Virus record (IMG/VR): IMGVR_UViG_3300014204_000134
Coordinates: 36,453-100,452 of that record
Origin: a virus
Taxonomy: Duplodnaviria > Caudoviricetes
Direction: 5' to 3' (one strand)
DNA: 64,000 nucleotides
The stretch's first letter is position 1. Every line of letters begins with the position of its first letter. Shown in pieces: positions 50,445 to 61,307 of this stretch. Under the pieces are notes generated by a model. The model did not search any database and was not told where the DNA came from. It was given only the letters and a program-made list of their open reading frames with translations. Made by a program: the position numbers and the translations under genes.

Positions 50445-51431
50445 TTAAAGAGTTGAGTCTTCATATACCGCAAGGGGGAACCTATTCGATACTAAGCCAA
50501 TTCCGACTTTCTTATACATGGGAACTTCATAAATCCTACTCTGAGTATGAGTATCGGGGTAAGTCTGAACTTCGCCTTCAAAGACTACCTTAAGGGATCT
50601 CTTACTCCTATCTAAACTAGAAGGAACAATATACACATAACCTTTATCCAACACAGTAGTAGTCATATCGGTGTCATTCGCTAAAGGATTATTTAACTGA
50701 ACAATTCTTGCACCACGATAATTACCAAGAACTCCAGTTTCATTAAAGTTAACAGCAATACTTTCAGGAACAATATTATTAAAACCAGTTAGTGGAACAA
50801 ACTTCTGAGCAGCAGCAATATCCGCAAAAATTAATGGAGTACCTAATCTCCTGATAGCAGTAATGAGAGTATCAATACCAGGAGTAATACCGTTCCCACT
50901 AGCATACCACGGAGAACTTAAAGCACTCCAATAAGCATAAAGTACAGTCTCTATCTTCTGTACAAATGTAACTTCCATTGCTGTTACAGCATCATTTACA
51001 ACACTTGTAAAGTCAATCTGACCATTTTGTAGTTGTTCAAGATCAACAGCAGGAGCAACAGAAATTTCATCAGTCTCAATAGTGACATATTTTGTACCAA
51101 CCATAGTTCTAAGAGCAGTAGAACCTTTAGCTTGCCATAAAGCAGTAATGTTACCACGTTGCTTTTTAAATTCTGCTTTATCACCCAATGATACACGTTT
51201 TACATCAGCAATTTCATCTACAAACTGATTAAGATTAATAGCCAATTTATCATCAACTAAAAATCCAACCAATTGTCCCAATTCAAACAAACTCATAGGA
51301 TCACGTTTTGTAGCAAGTTCCTTTAAAATTTCTTGTGCCTCTTGATAATCTTCATTTTTTACTTCATTAGGCTTATACATAACCTGCGAACAAATCTCAA
51401 CGATAGGTGATTTTTTACTTAAAGTTGCCAT
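50445..51431 (-). CDS. major capsid protein
   Basis: 328 aa, strong RBS GAGGAGG, G.LG.YRGA..V.L.N and G...IVP motifs; follows scaffold and decoration genes. Confidence 0.8.
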   Translation of the reverse strand: MATLSKKSPIVEICSQVMYKPNEVKNEDYQEAQEILKELATKRDPMSLFELGQLVGFLVDDKLAINLNQFVDEIADVKRVSLGDKAEFKKQRGNITALWQAKGSTALRTMVGTKYVTIETDEISVAPAVDLEQLQNGQIDFTSVVNDAVTAMEVTFVQKIETVLYAYWSALSSPWYASGNGITPGIDTLITAIRRLGTPLIFADIAAAQKFVPLTGFNNIVPESIAVNFNETGVLGNYRGARIVQLNNPLANDTDMTTTVLDKGYVYIVPSSLDRSKRSLKVVFEGEVQTYPDTHTQSRIYEVPMYKKVGIGLVSNRFPLAVYEDSTL

Positions 51432-51472
51432 CTATATAAACTACCTCCTCAAATATATTATATTAACTTTTA

Positions 51473-51943
51473 TTAGGCGCCAGCTATACGTAATTGAAGT
51501 GCATTATTACCATAAAGCGTAGTTTTACCATGTACTACTGCACGAAGTACAGGACTTTCTGTGGTAATAGCAATCCACTTGCCTTGAGTACCACTACCAG
51601 TAGAACTATTAACTAAAAAAGCATCTCCTTTAGTAATAGAAGCATAAGTACCAATAAACCTATCGGTTGTAATTATATCTCCAACAAGTGGTGCTTTTAA
51701 ACGCAGATATTCACCATCAGCGACATAAAAATCCTCACTATCAGTCATATCAGTGTCAGCGTAACTATCATAGTTACAACAAATAAATAAATTGTAACCT
51801 GCTGCAATGTCAGTAGTAGTAGGAATAGTAGCAGTACCGGCAGAATCACTAGCATAAACTACATCACCAGGATAAACCGAACCAGACGCTTTAAAAGTAC
51901 CAATATAAACTTCACTATTAGTTCTATCAACACAAATTGCCAT
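51473..51943 (-). CDS. capsid decoration/cement-like protein
   Basis: Between scaffold and MCP; V..GEYLRL..P..GD..TT motif. Confidence 0.6.
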   Translation of the reverse strand: MAICVDRTNSEVYIGTFKASGSVYPGDVVYASDSAGTATIPTTTDIAAGYNLFICCNYDSYADTDMTDSEDFYVADGEYLRLKAPLVGDIITTDRFIGTYASITKGDAFLVNSSTGSGTQGKWIAITTESPVLRAVVHGKTTLYGNNALQLRIAGA

Positions 51944-51976
51944 TAAAATACTCCTCCTTAAATAAAAGTTTTATTT

Positions 51977-53875
51977 TTACTTACTATGTGGTGTATACAT
52001 TTTTTCTTTTAGAGATTGAGGGATGAGATCCTTACCATTTTCATTAATATGAATTGTTACATCGTCTGTTTTAGTTTTGGTTTCATTTAGTTCAGTAGTT
52101 GCTTTTTCAACTACTTTTTTAGCAATAATAGTATTTATTTTTATTTCGTCTACTTCATTAATAGCAACTTTAATTTCTTCATTTTCTTCAATATCTTTTT
52201 CAGAAATAAATTTACTATCTAGAGCAAATTTTTTAAGATGTTCACGTTTTTCGTTTAATTCTTTTTCTTTTAGTTCATTTTGAATTTTATTATATTCTTC
52301 TTTAATAGGTTCAAAAGATTTTACCTGCTCTTGAAGATCAGTAACAACCTTTCCTAATTGAATTATTTTTTCATTTGCCTCATTACTACTAAATTTTAAT
52401 GCTTCGTCTTTTTGAGAAATTTCACCTTGAAGAGTTTCAAGTTGAGTTTTGAGATCGTTGATTTCAGTATCTTTAGTAGTAATTGTCTCTTTAAGTCCAT
52501 TAACTTCATTTTGTAGATCTTCGTTTACCGTATTTGTTTCAGTACCTTCATTCTGATTTACAGGAATCCAAGCACTTACAACCTCAACGGCAGAACTCAT
52601 ATCAACAGTTACATCACTTTCTCCAGCAGTATAAGTAAACTTAAAATACTTACCAGATTCATTTTCACAAGCAACAACATATTCATTAAAAAGTTCAGCT
52701 ATCCAATATTTGTAAATCACATAACCATCTGCATCCTTTTCGTTATTTAGTTGTGACCATAATTGTTCTCTTATGTCATCAAAAGATAAAGCATTATTTT
52801 CAATATAGTTTTTTATTTCTTTACCGAAATTAAATTCTATTTGTTGTTTATCTGGCACATCTTTACCTCCTTCATTATTTATATTTAAACTTGATATTTC
52901 AAGATCAAGTTCATTGTAGTGTTTTTTAATGTGTTTTAACGCCTTACTATTATCAGGATCATTTTGCATTAACCTAGAATAAGCTGCTTGCACACCTCTT
53001 TTATGAACAACAAGAGTATCATCTTTAATAACATGATGTGGATACTTTAAATTACTACTTGGACTATCTTCATATCCATCTAGCACAATTAAATAAGTCT
53101 CCTTTACAAGAGACTTATAATTACTTGCGTTCATAATACTTTTACGTAAAGCAGACTTATCTACTTCTGACCAATCACCATCTGTTGCTGAATCTGAAGA
53201 ATTGTCAATAGATATTTTATCACTAGTTCCATTATCAGCAGAAACTTCTAAGTCTTTTTGATATGCTTCTGCAACCTGTAAATTATATTCATACATAGCA
53301 GAATCAGCATATGCTCCACGCTTGGTTGAACCCAACAAACAGTGACCAAAATAGAGTACAGATTTTATTGCTGTCCTACCATTTTCGGAAAATTCAAAAC
53401 CACCTAATGAGACTTCGCACGATGTATCAATTCTACCATTCTCGTTATATAATTCTTCTATTACATTTAATGTGTTTTGGAATCTTAACCATAAAAATCC
53501 TTCTGCCCAAAGCCCGTATACATCTTCATTATTAATCTGATGTGTACCAATATGAGTATTAAAAAGTGTTCCGATCCCTTCGGTATTCAAGCGGATTATG
53601 TTTCCATCCTCATCGAACTCAGGTTCGTGCCCACCTAAATCGTCACCTTTTAATGCAGCAACTATAGGAGCACCGTTTAAACTATCATAAAATGGTTTGT
53701 TGGTTTTAGGATTGTTGGTAGAACATAATTCCTCGGTAATACGAAAATTATTCCCATTAAAGTCGAAATTATGGATAAAAAATAAACATAGTTTTCTATC
53801 TGAATAAGGTGATTCTGATAATATTGATGCAAGTTGTATATTAAGAAGTTCTTTGTTTGGTTTAGGCAACTTCAT
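51977..53875 (-). CDS. prohead protease/scaffold protein
   Basis: N.N, GHE, G.LW.RF, TSCE, GHCLLG N-terminal domain and acidic coiled-coil C-terminus. Confidence 0.75.
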   Translation of the reverse strand: MKLPKPNKELLNIQLASILSESPYSDRKLCLFFIHNFDFNGNNFRITEELCSTNNPKTNKPFYDSLNGAPIVAALKGDDLGGHEPEFDEDGNIIRLNTEGIGTLFNTHIGTHQINNEDVYGLWAEGFLWLRFQNTLNVIEELYNENGRIDTSCEVSLGGFEFSENGRTAIKSVLYFGHCLLGSTKRGAYADSAMYEYNLQVAEAYQKDLEVSADNGTSDKISIDNSSDSATDGDWSEVDKSALRKSIMNASNYKSLVKETYLIVLDGYEDSPSSNLKYPHHVIKDDTLVVHKRGVQAAYSRLMQNDPDNSKALKHIKKHYNELDLEISSLNINNEGGKDVPDKQQIEFNFGKEIKNYIENNALSFDDIREQLWSQLNNEKDADGYVIYKYWIAELFNEYVVACENESGKYFKFTYTAGESDVTVDMSSAVEVVSAWIPVNQNEGTETNTVNEDLQNEVNGLKETITTKDTEINDLKTQLETLQGEISQKDEALKFSSNEANEKIIQLGKVVTDLQEQVKSFEPIKEEYNKIQNELKEKELNEKREHLKKFALDSKFISEKDIEENEEIKVAINEVDEIKINTIIAKKVVEKATTELNETKTKTDDVTIHINENGKDLIPQSLKEKMYTPHSK

Positions 53876-55196
53876 TTATCACCTCCTTTAAAAAATTATC
53901 CAAAATAATCTCTATATTATCAAATTCCCAATAAGGAATACGAAGAAGAGGAATGTTGTTCTTAATACAATATTCATATTTTATATTATCATTGCATTGA
54001 ACATATTCTAAATGTTTTTGTCCTCCCCAATATTCTATAGGTTCATAATGTTGTATTCCTTGATATTCAATAAGACCTACTAAATTATAATTAGAATTTA
54101 GTAATCCAAAATCAAAGCGAAGTTGAGTTATATTTTTACAATCTTTAAATGAATATTGTGGTTTGAATAATATATTATTAATATCTAATATATATTTAAT
54201 TTTATTTTCACCCTTAGATTTATTATTACATATATGACATCCAGATTTACCAGATAAAAAAGAATTTGGCGTAACTAAAAATTCATTACCGCAAATATTA
54301 TGCTTTATTAAAATATTTGTACTACTATTTACATATTCTCCTAAAACACAATACTCATTATTAGTTAATAATTTAACTTCTTCTTTAAAATATTCTGTTG
54401 TTTTTTTTATTAAACCAGAACAATTAGGACATACATTCGTTTTTAATAAATATTGAGGATTTGTATAAAATATATTATTACACTCATTATGTTGTACTTT
54501 TATATTAATTTTACAATTAATATATTCATTTAAAATTGTATACTTATCACCATATAAATCATATATTTCATTACAATATTGATCATGCATTTTTGTACCA
54601 AGTTTATTTCTACTAATTTGCCTTATTTTATTACAAGTAGGACATCTTGTATCACTCAAAAAAGAACTAGGTAGTATCATATATTCGCTATTACATATAT
54701 TATGCTTCATTAAAATATCTGTATGATTATTTATATATTCACCTAATACAAAATATTCGTTGTTAACCAATTGGTATACTTCTTCTTTAAATTGTTCTGT
54801 TGTTTTCTTAATATTACCAGCACATTGAGGACAACGATTACCTTTTAAAAAATCATTAGGTCTGACATCCCATTCATGTTTACATATTAAATGTTTAATT
54901 TTTATTTTAGTTTTATTGTTTATATATTCACCTAAAACTTCATATTCGTTATTGCTTATACTTTTAACTTTAGTACCAAAAGTTTCTGTTGTATATTTTA
55001 ATCTATTACCGCATTTTGGACATCTTCTACCAGATAAAAACATTGCAGGTTTAACTTTGTATTCATAATTACATTTATTATGTTTTATATCAATATGTAT
55101 ATTGGCATTTATATATTTACTTAATATTATATATTCATCTTCAACTAAATCAAAAACCTCTTTGCAGAATTCTTCGTGTGTTTTTTGTTTTCCCAT
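53862..55196 (-). CDS. free-standing endonuclease, five KT.E.F..EV...Y..L..Y...H..C...P..FL...CP.C repeats plus DUF2726-like nuclease
   Basis: Tandem ~65-aa zinc-binding repeats; LRFDF...IEYQGIQH...IPLLRIPYWE. Confidence 0.75.
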   Translation of the reverse strand: MGKQKTHEEFCKEVFDLVEDEYIILSKYINANIHIDIKHNKCNYEYKVKPAMFLSGRRCPKCGNRLKYTTETFGTKVKSISNNEYEVLGEYINNKTKIKIKHLICKHEWDVRPNDFLKGNRCPQCAGNIKKTTEQFKEEVYQLVNNEYFVLGEYINNHTDILMKHNICNSEYMILPSSFLSDTRCPTCNKIRQISRNKLGTKMHDQYCNEIYDLYGDKYTILNEYINCKINIKVQHNECNNIFYTNPQYLLKTNVCPNCSGLIKKTTEYFKEEVKLLTNNEYCVLGEYVNSSTNILIKHNICGNEFLVTPNSFLSGKSGCHICNNKSKGENKIKYILDINNILFKPQYSFKDCKNITQLRFDFGLLNSNYNLVGLIEYQGIQHYEPIEYWGGQKHLEYVQCNDNIKYEYCIKNNIPLLRIPYWEFDNIEIILDNFLKEVINEVA

Positions 55197-55233
55197 ATAC
55201 CAACACTCCTTTAGTAATGTAAATTAAAAGAAG

Positions 55234-55455
55234 TTAAATCATTGACTTAACTTCTCTCATATATTTCATAAAACTATGTAAATGTTCATCTTCTTTCCAT
55301 TTACCTATCAACTCATCTAATCTCTCACCAGTTTCAAAATAGAATATCGTCTTACCTGTATCCTTGTGCTTTGCAACCTTTTCAATTTTTAATCCATTCA
55401 TTTTTAAGTAAGCGCAGAGAGGAATTGAATAGAAATATTGTAGTTTTTTATTCAT
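55234..55455 (-). CDS. small DUF5659-like protein
   Basis: YS..L..YL...G.......H..TG...F.F pattern; paralog of 60676-60906. Confidence 0.6.
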   Translation of the reverse strand: MNKKLQYFYSIPLCAYLKMNGLKIEKVAKHKDTGKTIFYFETGERLDELIGKWKEDEHLHSFMKYMREVKSMI

Positions 55456-55544
55456 AAAAACTCCTTTTAGAAATTATCCAAAATATAAAAACCTACCGAA
55501 TAGGGTAGGGGAGTGGGGGAATAAAAGAATTGTTTTGTGGTTAG

Positions 55545-57098
55545 TTATTTAGTATTTGGTTGATTGTTTCCATCTGCATTATCACTCTTAATTGAATTGT
55601 CTTTTTTATCTTTAGTTTTCTTTTTTGGTGCTCCAACATCATCTTTACCAGATTGTGTAAAAGTCGATTTCGGAGGCTCAAGTTTATCTTTTATTTTCTT
55701 TTCATTTTCTTCATCAATTAATTGTTCAAACGCATCAATAGGTACGCCAATACTATTAATATAAAGCGACAAACTACCACCATACTCAAATTGTGTTTTC
55801 ATATTATCAATAAAGTCTTGTCTATTAATATTAGTAATTCTAAAGAATTTCATTTCAAAAACAAAATTTCTTGAAGGTACTAATCTATCAAATTGTTTAT
55901 TAAATAAATATTCTTCTACATGTTCCATAATCGTAAACATCTGACTAGCAATTGCTTCAATATTAAATGTTTGTCCTGAGAAAGTAGCACCAGTACCATT
56001 AAGTACTGCCAAACTAACTCCCAAATCTGCCGTCATCCTATTTAAACTTTCTTCATTACGTTTAGTTTGTAAAACATCTGTATTTACGTCAATACCTTTA
56101 AGTTCACTATAAAAAGGAGTTGTAATTAATTTTATTCCACCATTTTTATTTGTAGTATCATTTAAAACAGTCCTTACGCTTTCGTGTGCTTGTTTTTGTT
56201 GCGTTGGTGTCGGCCTATATGAATCCTTATTCATATCACCTAATTTCTGGTGAATCAATTGTCTATTAATCCGATCATAAATAGTACGATCTGTATTAAT
56301 TAAAGCATTATCATAAAGTAAATCATCAAATGCAGCTAAACCTAATGGTCTGCCCCAAACATCTTCTAATTTACACCATGCTTTTACACAAACTGTATTA
56401 TTTATATCTAGAGGATACCAACGTTTAGCACTATCTTTTTTATAGGTTAAATAACCAGTTTTAAATTCAGGAGGAAAACCATCTAAAGCATCTTGGATAG
56501 TAATAACATTTCCTTCGCTATCGTAATTCTTAGTTATATTAAATTTGTCAAAATACTTCATATCAAAAGCTAATTGAAAATCTGTATTTGTAATTTTGAT
56601 AATTTTTGTATAGTCCAAGTCTAATGGTTGAACAGTTTTATAATCTCTTATATAAGCAAAATATGTACCATAGAGTAAAACCTTAAATAAGATATCGCGA
56701 ATAATTATTCTTGACTTAATATCTTTTACAAATCGTTCAATTTTCTTTTGATAATCTTTATATTTTGCCTTCTCTTTTTCATTACAAAGAATTATATAAT
56801 CAAGAGGAAGAATATTGACCATAAAATCTATTGCTTTTCTATAAACACCTTTTGAGTTATACATTAGTTCAGATATATTACGTAATTGTTTATTATAAGA
56901 AATATGATTTCTAAGATAATTATTTAAATCTTGTAAACTAATGTTAACACCATTCATATCATTTATATACATTGATGTAATTGTATCAGCATAAGACTGG
57001 AGTTCAATTAGGTTTTTATTTTCAGTTTGGTTTATCTCTGTAATAATTGGTTGAGATTTATTAGATTTAGATTTATTCTTTTTACGTTGTTTGGTCAA
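55545..57098 (-). CDS. portal protein
   Basis: 517 aa directly after terminase; L...S...Y...G.Y, FDM.YF, GRP motifs; C-terminal TQSG..GAP. Confidence 0.8.
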   Translation of the reverse strand: MTKQRKKNKSKSNKSQPIITEINQTENKNLIELQSYADTITSMYINDMNGVNISLQDLNNYLRNHISYNKQLRNISELMYNSKGVYRKAIDFMVNILPLDYIILCNEKEKAKYKDYQKKIERFVKDIKSRIIIRDILFKVLLYGTYFAYIRDYKTVQPLDLDYTKIIKITNTDFQLAFDMKYFDKFNITKNYDSEGNVITIQDALDGFPPEFKTGYLTYKKDSAKRWYPLDINNTVCVKAWCKLEDVWGRPLGLAAFDDLLYDNALINTDRTIYDRINRQLIHQKLGDMNKDSYRPTPTQQKQAHESVRTVLNDTTNKNGGIKLITTPFYSELKGIDVNTDVLQTKRNEESLNRMTADLGVSLAVLNGTGATFSGQTFNIEAIASQMFTIMEHVEEYLFNKQFDRLVPSRNFVFEMKFFRITNINRQDFIDNMKTQFEYGGSLSLYINSIGVPIDAFEQLIDEENEKKIKDKLEPPKSTFTQSGKDDVGAPKKKTKDKKDNSIKSDNADGNNQPNTK

Positions 57099-57110
57099 AA
57101 ATTCACCTCC

Positions 57111-58847
57111 TTAGTTGTAGAAACAGTAAAATTCATCTTCTTCTGTATTTGCATTCATTTTATTTTCTTCTTCCATCTCTTTACATATTAATAATGCCAT
57201 TCCTAAAGCAGATACACGGTCTTTTCTAGAACTTTTATTTATTCTTCTATAAAGTACATTTCCACTATCAGAAATATATTGCTCCATATTTCCTAATTCT
57301 TGAATTAATAAATCCGTTTCCAAATAAAGGGAATACTCATTTTCATTAATTTGATCGCTAGCAAACTGATTATACATTTGAGTAGAAGGAAATAATAATT
57401 CTAAACTTTTATTTTCAAAACAGTTCTTCATGTATGTATATAAAGTATTATTTAATGAACCTACTGCTTTAAAAACCCTAAGTAATGGTATTGCACCTTT
57501 TAAATTCTTTCTTTGTTCATCGTCATCGGGAACAAGAGGATTTCTCTCTTCTCTTTCTCCTTTATCATTTACAAATTCCCATGTTTCATCAAATAATTCT
57601 GGTAATATCTCACCCATACTTCTACCATCAAATACCAACTTAATTGCATTAGGAAATAATTCTACTAATTTTCTTAATTCATCTCTTTGTTCATGTAGAG
57701 TTAAACCACGATAAGTTTTTATATATACTAATTTTTTACTATATGTACCATTTGGTTTAGGTTTTAATTTTAAGACAATAGAACAAGCGTTATCTCCTTC
57801 TTTTTTGTCACTCAAAGCTATATCATGAGAAATTATATATTGTGTATTTGATTTTTTAGGTTGTTGTTTTTCAAAACTTTCTAATGTTCTACATGGTTCA
57901 GTTAATTCATAAGGATAAAAACTTCCTTCAACACTACCGACCCATTTTGCTTCCCACTCATATTGAAAAATTGATTTTGTCATTGAAGGTTTTGTGCGTT
58001 CTCTTTCTATAAAATCAGGGGTAATAATACCAGATCGAATACCAGTATTATAATGAAACTGACACACAAAATAATCCTTATTAGTTGGTTTTTTCATTTC
58101 TTCTAAGTAATGTGCATATCTTCCAAATAAATCGCATGTTTTTAAATATGCAGAAGATATTTCTATTATTTTACTATCTTCATCCATAAAACCTTGCTCT
58201 TTAAATTTATAATATAAATCCCTATGATATTGTGTCATAGGGGTAATTATTTCATCTATCAATTTCGTTTTTACGAGGCGTGACTCATCAATCACCGCAA
58301 TTTTGAATCTCCAACCACGTGCAAAATCTCCATGTGCTCCAAGAGCTACCGTTCTTATTGTGGAACCAGATTTTAATTTTACCAAACACTCGTCTTTACC
58401 AGTTTTTAAAGGGAAAACAAGCTCTCTACGAATATTCTCGTTTTTGGAAAACTGTCCCTCTATGTACTGCTTAACAATCATAGCTGCCTGACCCTGCGTA
58501 CCTGACATAATTCCAATAGGACAATTGCTATAAAGTATTCCGAGGCATAAAACCGCAAGTGCAATCATAAATGATTTTCCCATTGAACGTGGCATAATAG
58601 CCATAATATTAGGATATCTACCTATAGCACGAAGTAATACTTTCTGAAAATCAAAAAGTTTCACTTGTAAAACCTCTTCGGCAAAAATATCCATATATTG
58701 ACGATAAAAATAAATCTGCTTTTTCCATTCTTCTTCATTTCTTAATTCTACTTTTAATGGAGTATAACTATCTGGACTTTCCGCATTATCATAAGCACCA
58801 TCTTTGATTTTTCTGCTTTTATGACTAAAATTATTATGAATTGCCAA
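57111..58847 (-). CDS. terL: terminase large subunit
   Basis: Walker A RSMGKS, Walker B VIDESR, ISSA coupling motif, nuclease D.A..D, DGR..G, KDRVSAL. Confidence 0.92.
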   Translation of the reverse strand: MAIHNNFSHKSRKIKDGAYDNAESPDSYTPLKVELRNEEEWKKQIYFYRQYMDIFAEEVLQVKLFDFQKVLLRAIGRYPNIMAIMPRSMGKSFMIALAVLCLGILYSNCPIGIMSGTQGQAAMIVKQYIEGQFSKNENIRRELVFPLKTGKDECLVKLKSGSTIRTVALGAHGDFARGWRFKIAVIDESRLVKTKLIDEIITPMTQYHRDLYYKFKEQGFMDEDSKIIEISSAYLKTCDLFGRYAHYLEEMKKPTNKDYFVCQFHYNTGIRSGIITPDFIERERTKPSMTKSIFQYEWEAKWVGSVEGSFYPYELTEPCRTLESFEKQQPKKSNTQYIISHDIALSDKKEGDNACSIVLKLKPKPNGTYSKKLVYIKTYRGLTLHEQRDELRKLVELFPNAIKLVFDGRSMGEILPELFDETWEFVNDKGEREERNPLVPDDDEQRKNLKGAIPLLRVFKAVGSLNNTLYTYMKNCFENKSLELLFPSTQMYNQFASDQINENEYSLYLETDLLIQELGNMEQYISDSGNVLYRRINKSSRKDRVSALGMALLICKEMEEENKMNANTEEDEFYCFYN

Positions 58848-58849
58848 TT

Positions 58850-59677
58850 CTATATCACCACAGTTGAAGAAGTTATTATATACTTATAATCGTTTAAAAC
58901 TTTTTCAGTATTATCGTCTGGTATATCTAAATCTAAATTTGTAGGAATAAACCCTTTATCCTCAAGTCTTTTAGTTATCACGCCAACACTTCCTAATCCA
59001 ACTACATCATTTGCACTTCTACTACTTTCATTAAATTGAGCACTTTTACAAAGATCATCAAATATTTTTTTGCAACTTTCATATCTTTTTTCTGCACCAG
59101 CACTATTATCTAACATTTCTTCATACGCAATATCCATTGCTAATGATGCTTTTGCAATTTTCATTGCATAATCCATATGGTTTCTTGTTATAATGTTATA
59201 ATCTTGTATTAAATTTTGCACATATTCATTTAAATAGTTAATTTCTGATTCAGTATAATTACCTCTCCATTTTTCATTATAATCTTTTTTACTATCTTTC
59301 TTTTTTGTTTTATTATTTTTACTTTTTAATGGAAAGTGTTCATAATTACCACTTATATTTCCTTGAGCATAATATTTACTAATAGCACTCTTCATTACAA
59401 GTTCATTAAAGTTAGATGGTAAATTTTGGTGATTAGGATATTTTTTTAATTCTCTATCTCTACTCCAATTAAAAGCATCATTAAAATTAATTTCATTAAA
59501 TTCTGTATTGTTTATATCTAAATATTCTATTAAAGAATCTTTAGATATTATTTTCTCTTTTTTGCAAGTTCTACAAAAACATTCGTAACCGTCTTTTGTG
59601 AATTTTGATTTAGGAAATTCAGATATTCTTTTTGTCTTTTTGCAATTTCTACATTCTTTGCTAACTAACTCAGACAT
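58850..59677 (-). CDS. putative terminase small subunit / zinc-finger protein
   Basis: N-terminal C..CK.....F.......C..C, KW.G.Y..E..YL; immediately upstream of terL. Confidence 0.55.
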   Translation of the reverse strand: MSELVSKECRNCKKTKRISEFPKSKFTKDGYECFCRTCKKEKIISKDSLIEYLDINNTEFNEINFNDAFNWSRDRELKKYPNHQNLPSNFNELVMKSAISKYYAQGNISGNYEHFPLKSKNNKTKKKDSKKDYNEKWRGNYTESEINYLNEYVQNLIQDYNIITRNHMDYAMKIAKASLAMDIAYEEMLDNSAGAEKRYESCKKIFDDLCKSAQFNESSRSANDVVGLGSVGVITKRLEDKGFIPTNLDLDIPDDNTEKVLNDYKYIITSSTVVI

Positions 59678-59685
59678 AATACACC

Positions 59686-60642
59686 TCAAGCAATTAGTTT
59701 TATATTTAAACTTTTTAGATAATTATCTAAAATATTCTCTATATTATTAAATTCCCAATAGGGTATTCTTAATAAAAGAATGTTATTTTTCTTACAATAG
59801 ATATTTTTCATTTGATCGTGTTTAATTGTTCTTTCATATGAATATTTACCAAAAATATTGTCTCTATAATGACCTTCGCCATCATATTCGATAAGTAATT
59901 TTAAATTATTATCATCTAATACTCCAAAGTCAAATTTTAAAGGATTACCTTTATCTGACAATAAATTAGAAAAATAATATTGTGGAACAAAATATAATTT
60001 TAATTTTTCCAAATAATATCTTACCTCTTTTTCGCCTTTTGATTCGTTACAAACAGGGCATCTACTACCACATAAAAAATTATTTGGTATTATAAACCAT
60101 TCATGATTATTACAACTATTATTATTATGTTTCATTAATATTGGTGTTTTGTTATTTTTATATTTACCCAATACTGAATATTCATTATTAGTTATACTGT
60201 ATACTTCTTGTACAAATATATTATGTTTTTTAGTCTGTTTAATCTTAGTATTTTTATTGCCACATATAGGACACCTATATCCATGTAAAAAATTATTTGG
60301 AGTTACATAATATTCATGTTCACAAATATTATGTTTCATTAAAATATGCGTAGCAGTATTTATATATTTACTTAATACTGAATACTCATTTTTAACTAAA
60401 TTGAAAACCTCTTGTACAAACTCATCATGAGTCTTTTTATAACTTCTATGTTGACACTGAGGACACCTAACACCTCTTAGAAATGTTATTGGTGCTATAT
60501 CCCATTTATACCCACATATCTTATGTTTCATTGTTATTTTAGTAGTAGATTTTATATAGTTACTACCAACTTCATATTCATCATTAGTTAATGTTTTAAC
60601 TTCCAAACAGTATGTTTCGTGAGTTCTTTTAACTTTTTCCAA
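59686..60642 (-). CDS. free-standing endonuclease, three zinc-binding repeats plus DUF2726-like nuclease
   Basis: Paralog of 53862-55196; LKFDF...IEYDGEGH...LLRIPYWE. Confidence 0.75.
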   Translation of the reverse strand: MEKVKRTHETYCLEVKTLTNDEYEVGSNYIKSTTKITMKHKICGYKWDIAPITFLRGVRCPQCQHRSYKKTHDEFVQEVFNLVKNEYSVLSKYINTATHILMKHNICEHEYYVTPNNFLHGYRCPICGNKNTKIKQTKKHNIFVQEVYSITNNEYSVLGKYKNNKTPILMKHNNNSCNNHEWFIIPNNFLCGSRCPVCNESKGEKEVRYYLEKLKLYFVPQYYFSNLLSDKGNPLKFDFGVLDDNNLKLLIEYDGEGHYRDNIFGKYSYERTIKHDQMKNIYCKKNNILLLRIPYWEFNNIENILDNYLKSLNIKLIA

Positions 60643-60675
60643 AAAATTTCCTCCTTGTAATATGTAATTTAGATT

Positions 60676-60906
60676 TTATAAACCAATCATTAATTTTCTT
60701 ACTTCTTTAAATGCTTTATAATAATTATTAAATTGTTGATCTAATTTCCATTTTTGAATTATTTCTTCTAGTTTAGGTGTATTCTCAACAAAAAACATCG
60801 TTCTTCCTGTTTGATGATGCTTATCTACTTTTTCAATTTTGATATTGTTTAGAATTAAAAAAGCAACTAATGGTTGAGAATAAAAATATTGTAATTTCTT
60901 ATCCAA
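60676..60906 (-). CDS. small DUF5659-like protein
   Basis: TTG 60906 after GGAAGGA; DKKLQYFYS.PL matches 55234-55455. Confidence 0.6.
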   Translation of the reverse strand: MDKKLQYFYSQPLVAFLILNNIKIEKVDKHHQTGRTMFFVENTPKLEEIIQKWKLDQQFNNYYKAFKEVRKLMIGL

Positions 60907-60981
60907 TCTATCATCCTTCCAAACAAAAAAGAGGACTATTATCATCCTCTTCCGCACTACCATAAAGTCCACAATTTATTT

Positions 60982-61299
60982 CTAATCTATATATTTTTTC
61001 AATTGATATACAAATTTCTGAGTTCCCACATTTACATCAACATCTATATAATTCCATCCCAAAGTTGTTACTGTAATAGGACAATACACAATCTCATCAC
61101 TAACTACACAATTTATCACACTTGTAGTACCAGTAATTGTACATGTAGCACTATCTATGGCAAAAATTTTATTACTCGGACTATATAATTCTAACCCTAA
61201 ATTTAAATTATCATCAATTTCCAAAGTCTTTAAAGGTAATTCTCTAAATTGTAAATCTAATGTACTACTACTTACGATTGGATCTAAATCAATTGGCAT
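60982..61299 (-). CDS. hypothetical virion-associated protein
   Basis: ATG 61299 after AGGTGA; beta-rich. Confidence 0.5.
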   Translation of the reverse strand: MPIDLDPIVSSSTLDLQFRELPLKTLEIDDNLNLGLELYSPSNKIFAIDSATCTITGTTSVINCVVSDEIVYCPITVTTLGWNYIDVDVNVGTQKFVYQLKKYID

Positions 61300-61307
61300 A
61301 TCATCAC

